NCBI GenBank assembly: GCA_900128585.1
Contig: LT642167.1
Coordinates: forward strand, 1 to 47,020
DNA from: Stramenopiles sp. TOSAG23-3
Lineage: Eukaryota
Length of the DNA stretch: 47,020 bases
Direction: 5' to 3'
The position numbers and the translations under genes were made by a program. Below the pieces are notes generated by a model that saw nothing but the letters and a program-made list of their open reading frames with translations, was not told where the DNA came from and made no database searches. This document shows positions 31,426 through 43,300 of this stretch, one piece after another. Each line of letters starts with the position of its first letter. The stretch's first letter is position 1.

Positions 31426-33882
31426 TCAGTACCGAACGAATGCCATGTCTTGCAATTCTTTCGACTTCTTGTTTTTTTTCTTTTTCGGCTTTTTATTGCC
31501 TTTCGATCCAGCAGAACTTTGCTTCCACGCCACCTTGCCACTTGATTTAGGAACAGGAACATCGTTTCTCTTCAATTGTTGCGACCTTTGCCCTGTCGTA
31601 ATTTTTGAATTCGTTTGACCATTCCTTGCCCTTCCACGCGCTACGATCTTGCCGCCGTTCCACCCGATAGTGCTAGACGGTCTAGACAGCGGCTGGGGCA
31701 CCGGCGGTTGGAATACCCGCGGTGGTATCGCCGGTGCAGACGGTGGTGCCTGCCGGGAGAGGCCAGGGGCTCTCTCAGGTGCAGACACTTTTCTATCTCC
31801 CTGCCCTCTGCTGTTCTCGCCGACAGAGGCACTAAATAGCTGCTCCAAAGGCGCTTGCAAGTCCGTGCTCGGCAAGGTCGCAACGAGTAGAGGAAAAAAC
31901 GCCCTCAAGGCATCGGGCCTAAACATTCGCTTTATGGTCATGTAGTATTCGCGAGGAGATATTATTCTTCCAACGTACTTACGGCAGAGGGCTTGGAAAT
32001 CGCCAAACTTCTTTTCATTGTGGTTTAGGCCGCTTCGAACCATGCTAATGAGGTCTCCGCCCCCCTCCGCTCCTCCACGGCGCGCCCCAGCAGGCGCAGC
32101 GGAAGCGACGGCCGCTGGGACTGCCGGCGTGTAGGCCTTCTTAGACCCATTGCTCTTCTTGCCTACGACCTTTCCTTTACTAGTTCCACAGGCAGAACAC
32201 CTTGCTTTCCACCCCGCATTCACGAGGGTGCAACTTCTGCAAGGCCATTCAGGCCCACTCGAGAGCGCTTCCTCGGTCTGCGACAGCGCTCGCGCGCCCG
32301 ACGGCGGCGCGATCACACGACCCGGTGGTTTTTGTTTCGGGCCCAGGTGATCTCTGGCCCTGATCTGTTTTTTTCTTCCATTCCGCGTTTGGGTCGGCAA
32401 CGATGGAAAATCATCCTTTGACTTTACATTGGCGTTCAAGGAACGACTGTGCCCATTCCCTCCTAGAGTCGGGAAGTCGTTCAGGGAATTCACGTTGCCC
32501 CGAACTCCCGGGAGCGATGCATTATTTCCCGTCCACCGGGCTCCCCTCCCACCCTGCGGTGCCGAAGCCGCTGTACTCTCCTGGAGCGACGGGTAATTGT
32601 CCTCTTCCTGTACAACTCGACGCCCTGCAGGGTTGTAGTCAAACGCCAGCGAATTGACCTCGTCTCCGCCAAATTCAATGCTATTGCTGCTGTTGGAATC
32701 ATCGTTCGGCTCCACCGAACGGACCTTAAAGTTGACCTCTATTTTTCGATCGAAGGGTATATGTGGGTGCGCCGCAGCCATGTGGCCTTTGTACTCAATC
32801 TCGGTCAAAAATGCAACAAAACGCTTCTGCAAACAATCATTCTGTTCGCACAGAAAATGTTTGGAGCGAAAGTGCTCTTCAAGATGTCTATAGTCTCGGA
32901 AGTATTGGTTCGACCGACCGCCTTGCTCGCATACATGGCATTTGAAGTGGGTTTTATGCAAATGTTGAAAGAGCTCGTCGTCACTGTAGAACCTTGTCCG
33001 GCAAAAATGGCATTCAGGGTGCCCTTCGAAGCCCTCGCTCGCTTCCCCCTTCTTCATGTGCCGATCGAGCTGTTGCTTTGTAAACCTCTTATGCTCCGAC
33101 ATAAACTTTCGCTGCTCAGGAGCATTCACGCACACTTTGCACAGCTTTAGCTTGTGTTCACTCCAAAGGTGGGCCTCCAACTCTTTTAACCCCTTGAAGG
33201 GCATCACCCTGCACCCTCGCACACCGCACGAGAACCCACGGAGCCGTTGCATTTCCTTCATGTGTTTTTTTCCGTGAAAAAATGCGCCAGATTCCTCGTC
33301 CAGCTGAAGCTCTTTGCCACAAAATTTCCCCCAGATCGAGTCCGAAAAACTAGCCCAGTCCCGTTGAAGATCTGGGGTAACGACGATCCTTTCTAAATCC
33401 GTCTTGCAGTACGGGCACGCGTTGCTTTTGAACAGAATGCGACTGCGCAGGGCGCACTCGCTGCACAACATGCCGTGGTCACACTTGCCGAAAGCCACGA
33501 ACTTGATAGGGTCCGAACAAATAATACAAGTTTTTTCGGAATCGCCACCCTTTTCTTTGATGGCCTTTGCTTTGCTCTCCCCCTTGGATCCCCCCCCGCC
33601 CGAAACCACAGCGGCAGGAACCAGGGCCCCGCGCCCCGTTTTGCCAACTCTGCGCTGCGCGGCAGCACCCTTCTTTTTTTCGGACGAACCGCCAATATTT
33701 ACATTTGCCAGCTTTTTGGCCACCGCATTCGAGTTATTTACCGAAGACAGTTTCCCTTTAGCAATTTCACCCACCGGCGACGAATCAGTTTTCAACTCCT
33801 TGGTGGTGTTCCCCTCCCCGCTTTCCTCCTTCTGCGCAAGCTTTTTAGCCTTCAAGCGCTTCCTTTGCTTTCTTGACGCCAT
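31426..33882 (-). CDS. ZNF598: E3 ubiquitin ligase ZNF598/Hel2 (ribosome quality control)
   Basis: RING (CIIC...CDH..CSEC...CPYC), C2H2 array including GHPECHFC..FYSDDELFQH and CHVC...YFRDY..LEEHF, FP(S/T)L motifs, C-terminal helical domain and basic tail. Confidence 0.92.
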   Translation of the reverse strand: MASRKQRKRLKAKKLAQKEESGEGNTTKELKTDSSPVGEIAKGKLSSVNNSNAVAKKLANVNIGGSSEKKKGAAAQRRVGKTGRGALVPAAVVSGGGGSKGESKAKAIKEKGGDSEKTCIICSDPIKFVAFGKCDHGMLCSECALRSRILFKSNACPYCKTDLERIVVTPDLQRDWASFSDSIWGKFCGKELQLDEESGAFFHGKKHMKEMQRLRGFSCGVRGCRVMPFKGLKELEAHLWSEHKLKLCKVCVNAPEQRKFMSEHKRFTKQQLDRHMKKGEASEGFEGHPECHFCRTRFYSDDELFQHLHKTHFKCHVCEQGGRSNQYFRDYRHLEEHFRSKHFLCEQNDCLQKRFVAFLTEIEYKGHMAAAHPHIPFDRKIEVNFKVRSVEPNDDSNSSNSIEFGGDEVNSLAFDYNPAGRRVVQEEDNYPSLQESTAASAPQGGRGARWTGNNASLPGVRGNVNSLNDFPTLGGNGHSRSLNANVKSKDDFPSLPTQTRNGRKKQIRARDHLGPKQKPPGRVIAPPSGARALSQTEEALSSGPEWPCRSCTLVNAGWKARCSACGTSKGKVVGKKSNGSKKAYTPAVPAAVASAAPAGARRGGAEGGGDLISMVRSGLNHNEKKFGDFQALCRKYVGRIISPREYYMTIKRMFRPDALRAFFPLLVATLPSTDLQAPLEQLFSASVGENSRGQGDRKVSAPERAPGLSRQAPPSAPAIPPRVFQPPVPQPLSRPSSTIGWNGGKIVARGRARNGQTNSKITTGQRSQQLKRNDVPVPKSSGKVAWKQSSAGSKGNKKPKKKKNKKSKELQDMAFVRY

Positions 33883-35108
33883 CGCCGGCCCTCAAAGCGA
33901 CAAGTTGATATGTACAATGCCTGCAAAGATTTTCCTAAAGAGGAAACGATACTTGAGAAACGATAACTATTTACAGTGTGAAAGAGAAAGGGGAACCGAC
34001 AGAGTGACATCTTATATAATCTACATACGTAATACAAACAGCTACCCGAACGTGAAGAAGTCGGAGTCTCTATTGGTGCCGGTACACACTTAAAATAACC
34101 AGGACGACAGAGAAGTGAATGTGTTTTCTTTTCCAAATGCCACCACCACCAACGACCACAGCATAATAGCATCATCTTGCACACTTGCACTGATCAAGCA
34201 TCTCATCACAAGAATGTTCCAACTTCAGAATTTAAAATAGGTTTAAAAGTAATAAGGAATATTATTTTACGATTTTATTTAAATTATATAATATAATAAT
34301 ATAATACTATTTATAAATTACCTCATCATAGTCGTTGAAGTAATTAAAAAATATATAAAATACTTAAATTTCTGTGTTCAATAGAATAGAACAACCAAAA
34401 GTGAACTTCTAAGAACAGAAGAGCAATGAAAAAAAAGGACTAAAGACAGACTAGAACTATTAAATAAAGGAAAGAAAACAACTTGAAAAAAGAAGAAGAA
34501 AGGAGAAGGAAAGGAAATAGCAATGAAAACAAATATAATACAGCTCAAATAACAGAGAGAATGGGAATTGTGGTGGCGACATATTATTCGCTATTATTTA
34601 TATTTATATTAAATTAGCGACAGTGGTATTTATATGTACATCATTATTAAATATCCTTTTTTTTTATCATCCTCCTCCTCCTTCCTCCTCATTTTTTTTT
34701 CTCCATCATCATATCATATTTTTTTCTTCTTTTTTTTTCTTCCGTCGTACCCATTTATAATAAATTTGTATTAGCTCGTAAGCAACGCAACGTCGTTCGT
34801 CGACGTCAAGTGTTCACAAGTTTAATGGATGTGTACAGTCTTCATTTGTATCCATTTCGTTAGGGAAAATTATATAACATTTGAAACGAAAAGCATTCCA
34901 ACGACAAACATTAATGATGGAAAACGTTGGGAATACTTACAGTTCGACTCCATAAAATATTCGCCTGGGTTGAGTATTTATTCGTTTGAACACGTACAAA
35001 CAACGTTTGAAATAGCCCTTTGAGCAGTGAAATGTTTCATTTTTTGTAGACGGGCTGGCCGTGTACGCACAAATACACACATACATCGTAAAAGGCTGTT
35101 GATCCACA

Positions 35109-38100
35109 ATGTCGTCGTTTGCAACAGACCAGTCGGGATCTCCGCAAGTAGTGGTTACTAGAGACACTGTGTCAGAGTTGAAGGATCTGTTCGGGATCGC
35201 CGACTCGTCGAGTAAGAAACAGCAACGCAGGGTGTCGACTGCAAAAGACTTTGCAGTCGTGCTCAGCGCGGCGAGCGCCGGGAGAGCGCTGCAAGGGGAC
35301 GACTTCTTGCACTTGCTTTCTGGGTACGTCCAGGCTAACCTGCCAGATCTAAGAAACGGAATGTTACGCCTGTCTCTCAATACGCCGTGCTTGTCTTACT
35401 TGTCATCGCTGGTGAAGAAGAGCCAAAGCAAGGGGCAGCGCGGCGTGTCACAAAATCGTCGAATCGTGCTGAAACTTGCCGTCATGCTGCTGGATTTGGC
35501 CCATTTGAAAGTGTTGTCCCCGAAAAAGCCTTCGTCTGGCAACGCCGCTGCAAGGGCCGCACCCCTTGCCGTAAAGTGCCAGCTGAACATGTTTGCGAAT
35601 CTGCGCATGCTGGAAATCCACGGCGCGGAATTTCACAATTTGGAAGGCATTGCGTACCTGCGCGATCGACTGGAAGGGATATACGTGGAAGGGTCCAACG
35701 TCACGTGCCCAGGTATGGTTCTTTTTGAACCCGACAGAGTTCCCAACCCCCCGGGTAACACGGAAAGGCCAACCCCGGAAGACATGCTCACGTACCACGA
35801 CACAGAGTACGTCTGGCCTCGTCTGGAAAGCGTGAAATTTTGCAACTGTGGGATGACGGTGCTGGACCGATCTGTCGCGTTTCTGCCCAAAGGCCGGGTC
35901 TTTGATTTCAGCTACAACGAGCTGGAATCGTCGTCGTTCAAAGCCCTGGCCTTGGTTGCACAATCGTCAATTATGACCACCGTCGATTTGGCGTTTAACC
36001 GGCTGTCATCGTGTGCTTCACTGCCAACGTATCTCCCTAGAAGTGTTTCGTCCCGGTTTCGACCGAGTCTGCAGTCACTCATTTTGCGCCACAACCGGTT
36101 GTCAACGACCAAAGGCCTCGAAATCCTTGTCAACTTGCAGCGATTGGACCTCAGCCACAATATTCTCAGCTCGTTGGACGAAATTATGCACCTCCAGCGG
36201 TTGCAGAAACTTCGATCGTTGGGGCTGGAGGGGAACCCGATCGCCCTGCTCGCCACGTACCGCGAACAGGTCGGAGATGCGTTTGCAACAAGAAAAGTAA
36301 CGCTGAAGTCGGACTTCAAGTTTGTGCTGGACGGCCAAGCGGTCAAGGTCAGCAACAGTATGCTTAAGGCCGGGGAGCGCCTGAGCGTGGGGGACGAACA
36401 TTTGAATTTCAACACGTCGCCATTGCAGTCCCGCATGAGACACGAGGAGGAGAATGGAAAAAACGGCGTCGCCGTTGCGGGAAAGGCTGCTGGCGTGGTG
36501 GGCAGTGAAAATTCCAGGTTTGATTTGAGCACCGCAGATTATGCTGGCCGAAGCTATGTACAGAACAAGGGACCAGCAGAAGACAAGCCGAGGCGAAAAG
36601 GCAAGAAGTCCAAAAAAAAGTTGGCAACAATCGAAGACCCATCAGCGCTTGCTGTGCCCATCAGCCCCCCTCGAATAGAAGCCAAGCGACGGAACACGGC
36701 GGACAGAAAGCGAAGCAAGGCAGGACCCGGCCACAAGCAGTCCAGCTCGAGCGGTGCCCCGCACGCCAAGGGTAGTCGTGGCAATAGAAAAAAGTCTGCG
36801 TCCAGCAGAGCTCGGGGGGCTGCGTCGAAGAAGCAGGCGCCGAAATTGATTCAGCATTCCAGCAGCGATGCTTGGGATGAGATGGAGGAATACAAGCGCC
36901 AGGTGCAACGAAAGATGGAGCAGTTTCAGAACCGGTTGAATAAGAAGAGAGAGGTAGAGGGTGCTAACTGGTTGGAGTCGAAGGACGTGAAGCCACAGGC
37001 AAACGAGCTGGGCAACTTTTCGGATCAAATGTACCCCCCCCCGAACCCTTACGTCAACATGAAAATGACGAACGCGCCGAAGCCTAAAAAGGGGCAAGCA
37101 AATTCCTTGAGCGACAACGCGAAAGTAGGGGAGGGAGCGGCACCGGAAGATCAGTACGTAGCAGAAACCACCGTAGCAGCAGCAAAGAAAGAGGAGGATT
37201 TAGAGGCGGAGCGACGGCCGAGCGTCGGCGACTTTTTGTACCAGTGCGAGTACCTTGCCGAACGTCACGACCTCGCTGCCACAAACGACAGCTCTTACCA
37301 AAAATTAAGCATCAAGACGTGTGTAATCCTAGTGCAAGGGTCTTCCTTTATAGAAGTTGATGTTGCAACGGGGGCCCCAGGATTGAAAAAATCCCTCGAC
37401 AATTTAATCGCAGTTGAGCTCATGCGTGGGCAGCGCGGGGATACCCTGCTTCACGTTACGTTTCAGCACATTGCCGCGGATCAGTTGGCCACAAGCAAAA
37501 CAGACAACTATTACGTGCTTCGACAAGCAGGCACTTTGGAGGAATTGAGGTCCCTTTTGAAAGCTCGATTAATCTACAACATAGCTCGCAGGCCAGAGTA
37601 CTTTCAAAACATTTACAAGGATCGGGGCGATATTTACAACCACATGCTGCGGGACAAAACAAGCCTGCAGTGCTTGTCGTGCGAGTATAAATTTCAATGG
37701 AGCTACGAGAAACAACCGGTTCTTCAGTGCGACCGCTGCAACGCAACAAACCTTCGGACTACGAACCAGGCATCCCCGACTCGAAACAAACCGGTCGTGC
37801 ATATCAAGTCGCCTTCTGCGGACAAGGCAGTCAAGAATTTTGCGAAAACGAACGAAGCACGCTCGGATAGGAAGACCAGTTCGAGCGGTTCGGATTCTTT
37901 CTCGGACGAGGGAGATGAGGACGGGGGGGCGTTCTTCCAGGGAAATGCTCCAGTGATGGACAACTATGTCGACTGGGACTATTTTTCTCAAAACGGCGAT
38001 GGTAATAGCAAAGACGACCCCTCCCCCGCGACCCAAAACAAGCTGAAGCAGCTGATAGACGAGAAACTTAGAGCGCGGAAAGAGGCGGTACAGAGACGGG

Positions 38101-39035
38101 GGAGAAAAAATGGAAGTACGCCAGAGGGCCACGGCGCACCGTCTTCTAGCTCCAACCGGGCGATCAGTGAAGAGTACGATCCGTTGGCGAATCTGAGCGT
38201 GTTGGACAATTTAGAAATTTACTTTCGGGAGCGAGTGTTTTGTTCGAGGGCCAACACGAGCGAGCGTGTGGTGTACATGTTTGGCACAAAGATGGTGTTG
38301 GGCGGAGGGGCTAGAATGCAGAAGTCATCGAAGTCTTCAAAGCCAGGCCGCGAGGAAGAAATGGACGTTGTAGTAGTGTTTACGGACGAATCGCTGCACT
38401 TTTTTGAGCTCTTGAAAGCAAACAGAAACGTGTCGTTAACGTTCAAAGATGCCCCAAAATTTCCAATCTTAGGCAAGTATACCTTTTTGGAAGTAATGAA
38501 AGTCAGCATTGGCTTTTGGGCCCAGCGACTCTGCATTAAGACGAAGGATGGCGTGTCGTACATGTTGCTGACGCGCGATCGCGACAGAACTTACGCAATA
38601 TTGCAGCGTGTGCCGTCGAATTGCGAAATAATTAACGAAGATCAGTACACATTGGGCATTTTGCAGCAGTATGTTTTGAAAGACCCAAGTGCAAACATCA
38701 CTTTGTTTTTGATGCTGTACAGGAGGCACAAAGATAAGAAGCGAATAATGCCCCGGACGCTCGTCTTGACAAACAAAGGAATTTATTTGTGCGAAGAGTA
38801 TTTTTCAGAATCTCATTCTGTCGACAATACCCCTATGCGCGTTGAGCGACACGCGGCACTTGGCGATATCGTGCGCCTGGAAGCGTCCGACAAGCCGACC
38901 GATTTTACGATAGTTTGCACGGAAATGTTTGGCATTATCCCCCGAAAGAGAAGGTGGCGGTTGCGGGTACACAGTCGGGCCGCCAAAGCCCGGGTGTTGC
39001 AAGAGTTAAGAAAGTTGATGCGGGAAAGAGTTTAA
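35109..39035 (+). CDS. LRR protein, STK11IP(LIP1)/nischarin-like, with CxxC..CxxC and PH-like C-terminal domains
   Basis: LRRs (DFSYNEL, DLAFNRL, ILRHNRL, DLSHNIL, LEGNPI...YREQV), a disordered middle, CLSC...CDRC, and beta-rich PH-like C-terminal domains. Confidence 0.72.
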   Translation: MSSFATDQSGSPQVVVTRDTVSELKDLFGIADSSSKKQQRRVSTAKDFAVVLSAASAGRALQGDDFLHLLSGYVQANLPDLRNGMLRLSLNTPCLSYLSSLVKKSQSKGQRGVSQNRRIVLKLAVMLLDLAHLKVLSPKKPSSGNAAARAAPLAVKCQLNMFANLRMLEIHGAEFHNLEGIAYLRDRLEGIYVEGSNVTCPGMVLFEPDRVPNPPGNTERPTPEDMLTYHDTEYVWPRLESVKFCNCGMTVLDRSVAFLPKGRVFDFSYNELESSSFKALALVAQSSIMTTVDLAFNRLSSCASLPTYLPRSVSSRFRPSLQSLILRHNRLSTTKGLEILVNLQRLDLSHNILSSLDEIMHLQRLQKLRSLGLEGNPIALLATYREQVGDAFATRKVTLKSDFKFVLDGQAVKVSNSMLKAGERLSVGDEHLNFNTSPLQSRMRHEEENGKNGVAVAGKAAGVVGSENSRFDLSTADYAGRSYVQNKGPAEDKPRRKGKKSKKKLATIEDPSALAVPISPPRIEAKRRNTADRKRSKAGPGHKQSSSSGAPHAKGSRGNRKKSASSRARGAASKKQAPKLIQHSSSDAWDEMEEYKRQVQRKMEQFQNRLNKKREVEGANWLESKDVKPQANELGNFSDQMYPPPNPYVNMKMTNAPKPKKGQANSLSDNAKVGEGAAPEDQYVAETTVAAAKKEEDLEAERRPSVGDFLYQCEYLAERHDLAATNDSSYQKLSIKTCVILVQGSSFIEVDVATGAPGLKKSLDNLIAVELMRGQRGDTLLHVTFQHIAADQLATSKTDNYYVLRQAGTLEELRSLLKARLIYNIARRPEYFQNIYKDRGDIYNHMLRDKTSLQCLSCEYKFQWSYEKQPVLQCDRCNATNLRTTNQASPTRNKPVVHIKSPSADKAVKNFAKTNEARSDRKTSSSGSDSFSDEGDEDGGAFFQGNAPVMDNYVDWDYFSQNGDGNSKDDPSPATQNKLKQLIDEKLRARKEAVQRRGRKNGSTPEGHGAPSSSSNRAISEEYDPLANLSVLDNLEIYFRERVFCSRANTSERVVYMFGTKMVLGGGARMQKSSKSSKPGREEEMDVVVVFTDESLHFFELLKANRNVSLTFKDAPKFPILGKYTFLEVMKVSIGFWAQRLCIKTKDGVSYMLLTRDRDRTYAILQRVPSNCEIINEDQYTLGILQQYVLKDPSANITLFLMLYRRHKDKKRIMPRTLVLTNKGIYLCEEYFSESHSVDNTPMRVERHAALGDIVRLEASDKPTDFTIVCTEMFGIIPRKRRWRLRVHSRAAKARVLQELRKLMRERV

Positions 39036-40381
39036 ATGTTCATAAATTTTAGCATGTTGAAGTATTCCTTTTCAAGCACAAAAGTGTAGTAGTCTTGTTG
39101 TAATTTCGATAGTATAATTAAAATAATTTGTTGTATCAAACTTGTATATCATCTTATTATTTCATAGTAAAGTTGTAGTAAATAATATTTAATTTCTGTA
39201 TTTATGGCAATAGGAAACTAAAGTCAGGTAAAATCAGCATTTGTTCCGAGGAAGAATTCGGTGGTGTGTCAGTTTATTTATTTTTACAGATGTGGGCACA
39301 CTTTTTAACAGCCCCTACTACAGCACCATATAAACTGTGGGTGGGTGGGTTTTGCATTTTGCACCACTCGTTTGCTTAAAATAATTAATATATTTGAACT
39401 TCTTCGAGAGGGAGGAAGGAGGTGTTGAACTAAATTATTTTAGTATAAAAATATTGTATATTAAATTATTCTTCCTATCTGTATTGCTTTATAATTCTGG
39501 ATCCCTAAATGATATTATGATAGGGATTAATGTATACTACAATACAAAATAATTATGTAAGTACGTATTGTATTAGTCCGAGATTTTTAGCAACTGCGGC
39601 GGCCTGACTTAATACTTACTTACTTACTCACTATTTGCTTAGTGGCCACTTAGCTATAAGATAGAACTGACTAATAAAACTATTATTTAATTTTTAATTT
39701 AATTTAATTCCAGTTCGTAGTTTAAAATGGCTTATTATTATATAGAACGACTATAGAATAGACGATTATTATATAAATACAGTTGTTATTTTATTCTTTA
39801 AATCTCTCTCTAATAAAAGGAAGTTAGATAAATATCTATTTAGTATAATAAAATAACATGGAAGTAGAATGTGATAGATAATCCTCAAAGTTACTAATTA
39901 ATCCAAATTTTTAGATAAACTACATTTTTTAAAGGATCGAAAGGAAGAAAGTGATAATGTAATATAAGCACAGTGAGGGACGAAGGGAGGAATAATAAAA
40001 AAAATAATTTATTAATATTAGCTAGACTGACTAGCTTCTTATAAAAAAACTTTTTATTAAAAGAAAAGGAAATTAATCTAACCAACCGTATGATCAGTAA
40101 AGAAAGGAAGAAAGAAAGAAGAATGATGTTTACAACTATCCGGTATTGAAGATTACATTTATACTTATTCAAATCATACACGAATCGGTAACTGAATCGC
40201 GTAGTGTATATATATCTGCCCCCCCCCCCCTTCTTCTCGTTTGTACCAAGCAAGCGTTGAACGGACGCGCGTGTTCGAGTGGATAAACATTGGTCGCCTG
40301 GTCACACTGCAAGAACTAACGATTGCTAGCAACAGAGCATCGTCAAAGCATATTCAGCTCCAGTCGTCTTCGTCCTTAGAC

Positions 40382-43300
40382 ATGGCTACTCCCGCGCAGG
40401 AAAAGAAAGTTTCTGGCGATGGGGAATGGAGAACTGTTAGGGTAAACTCCAAAGAGCAGGATAATGTTTTCCCGACCAACGAAGTGATTAGCTCGAAGTA
40501 CACAAAATTTTCTTTCTTACCAGTAGGACTTTTTGAGCAGTTCAGCCGCGCCGCTAATTGTTATTTCCTCCTTATCTGCTTTCTACAAACGTGGAAGGAT
40601 GTGAGCATCACAAATGGGATCCCGACCATGGCGCCAACGCTGACATTTATTTTGTTCCTGTCTCTGGTGAAAGTGGGCTACGAGGACTACTTGCGCCATA
40701 AGGCGGACGAAAAGGAGAACGGACAGAAGGTTGAAGTGTTTGACGTAGCAACCAACAAGTTTCTCGTCAAAGAGTGGTGGCAGTGCAAGATCGGGGACAT
40801 CTTGAAGCTCAAGAACCGCGACTTTAACCCATGCGATATTATTCTCTTGGCCTCGGCGGACACGGAAAATAATGCCGTGTTCATCAACACCAAGGCGCTG
40901 GACGGAGAGACCGACTTAAAGATTCGTGAAGTGCACAAAGATATGGTGCGCCATAACGGCGGCCCCGACTCCGAAGCTCCACCGGAGATAATTGCCACGA
41001 TGATCAAAGACGATTGTTTGCGGGGCGAAACGCCAAGCAAAAACTTGCTGAAATTCGAAGGCACCTATGTGAAGTCCAACGGGGAAAAAATTTCGTTGGA
41101 CATGAACAACGTCGTTTTGCGTGGTGTTCAAGTTCGTCAAGTCGAGTGGTGCCTTGGCGTTGTTGCGTACACTGGGCAGGACACGAAGATCCAACAAAAT
41201 TCGTTGACCCCGCCTCGAAAGGTGAGCAACATGGGCCGATGGGTCGGCCAAGATACGTTCAAAATGTTTCTTATCGACGTCTTTTGCTGCCTGCTGTCCG
41301 CGATAGTGGGGACCGCTCAGCGCGGCGCCATAAGAAAAGACAAATTCAAGAGCGAAGGCCACGACGTGTACGTCTCCACGATGACGTACCACGAGTTCGG
41401 GGAAGAAAACCTGGGTCAGAGCGTGTTCGTTGAGTTCGTCTTGTCCTTCTTTACCTATTTCATCGTCTTCACGAGTTTCATTCCGATATCTCTTCTGGTG
41501 ACAATTGATTTCGTCAAGTTTTTCCAGAAGTTCACCATCCAATGGGACCTGGATATGTACTACGAGGAAACGGACACCCCGATGCGCGTGCGCTGCTCGG
41601 ATTTGAACGAATCCTTGGGGATGGTAAACCACATTTTCAGTGACAAAACCGGGACCCTGACGTGTAACGTGATGGAATTTCGCAAGTGCTCCGTCAATGG
41701 CAAGTCTTACGGGGCAGGAATGACCCAAATCGGGCGCGGACGGTTCCAACGATTGAACCCTGGGGTGCCAGTGCCCAAGGACCCCGTAATCGACGGGCCG
41801 AAAACGGAGTTCGTGAACTTTCTCGACAAGAAGCTCGCCACCGTGCTCAAAGGCGCAGGTGCTGATGCCGCCACGGCGCGCGCGTTCTGCATGAACATGG
41901 CGCTTAACCACGAGGTTGTGCCAGAGTACGACGACGGCAAGTTTGTTTACTCCGGGCCTTCCCCGGACGAAGTGGCCTTCGTGTATTTCGCCAAGCACAT
42001 GGGCTACTTCTACAATCGGCGAACTCGTCGCACCGCCACTGTGCACATCAACGGGAAAGACGAGGAGTACGACATTTTGGAAGTCCTGAAATTCAGCAGC
42101 GCAAGAAAGCGAAGTTCTATCCTCTGCAGAAAGACGGGCACCAAAGGTGACATTATCGTGTACTCGAAAGGCGCTGACAATGTAATGGAGGCTCTTTTGG
42201 ATAAGAACGACGCAAGGACAAAAAGGGTCAAGAAAGAAAGCCTGAAGCACGTTCAACAATACTGCGACGATGGGCTGCGAATATTGCTGATCGCAACGAA
42301 GACCGTGACGAACGCATGGTACGAAGCTTGGTCAAAGCGTTTCGACCAGGCCAAAAATGCAGAATCAGACAGAGAAGCCAAAAAAGAGGCAGTCATGGCA
42401 GAAATCGAGAATGGACTCTCGCTCTGCGGTGTGACTGCGATCGAGGACAAGCTCCAGGATGGGGTCCCCGATTGCATCAGTGCGATGCGCAAAGCTGGAA
42501 TCAAGGTATGGGTCCTTACCGGAGACAAGGTGGACACGGCGATCAACATCGGGTACGCGTGCCAGCTGATTAGCCCAGATATGAAAGTAATTCAGCTAAC
42601 AAACAATGCACCGGGAATAAACCTAGAACTAGATAAGGACAAGATTCCAGTACAGGATTGCCTGCAGAGGTGCTTGACAAAAGCGTTGGACGATGCCAAA
42701 AAGCACGTTGCGGATGGCCTGGAAGTCGTTGCGGTGCTGGACACGTACTTCTTGACGTCGATTGAGCAAAACGATGAGGGCCAACGCTTGCTGGAGCTTT
42801 CTAACTTGTGCAAATCATTTATTGCGGCCCGCGTCAGTCCCGACCAGAAAGGCCAGATTGTAACGCTCGTGCGCAGCAATTCTCCGGAGGAAGTTGTGAC
42901 GCTGTCGATTGGGGACGGGGCGAACGATGTCAACATGATACAGAAAGCTCACGTCGGTGTCGGTATCGAAGGGTTGGAGGGAAAACAGGCGGTGAATAAT
43001 AGTGACTTTGCAATTGCACAATTTCGCTACTTGCAAAAGCTGCTGTTGTGCCATGGGCGCTGGAACTACCGCCGCATGTCGACCGTTTCCTACTACATGT
43101 TTTACAAGAATGCACTGTTTGTGATTCCCCAGTGGTTCTACGGATGGTATTTGCTCTTCAGCGGTCAGCCATACTATTTGGAGTATCCCTTATACCAGTT
43201 GCACAACATGGCTTGGACAGCGTTCCCCATTGTTGTTTTCGGCGTGTTGGAGAAAGATCTAGTCAAGCGGATTGCAATGCAGATACCAGAGGTGTACAAG

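Noticed and set aside
31465-31500. Poly-lysine codons at the ZNF598 C-terminus as an autoregulatory stall
   Set aside because: The A-run is only 8 nt and basic tails are usual in this family.
39612-39630. ATACTTAC resembling the U1 snRNA 5' end
   Set aside because: It continues as a (TACT)n repeat, not ATACTTACCTG, and no U1 stems or Sm site are evident.
40916-42259. 447-aa antisense ORF and many other nested or antisense ORFs
   Set aside because: These are shadow ORFs of GC-richer genes with no recognisable motifs.
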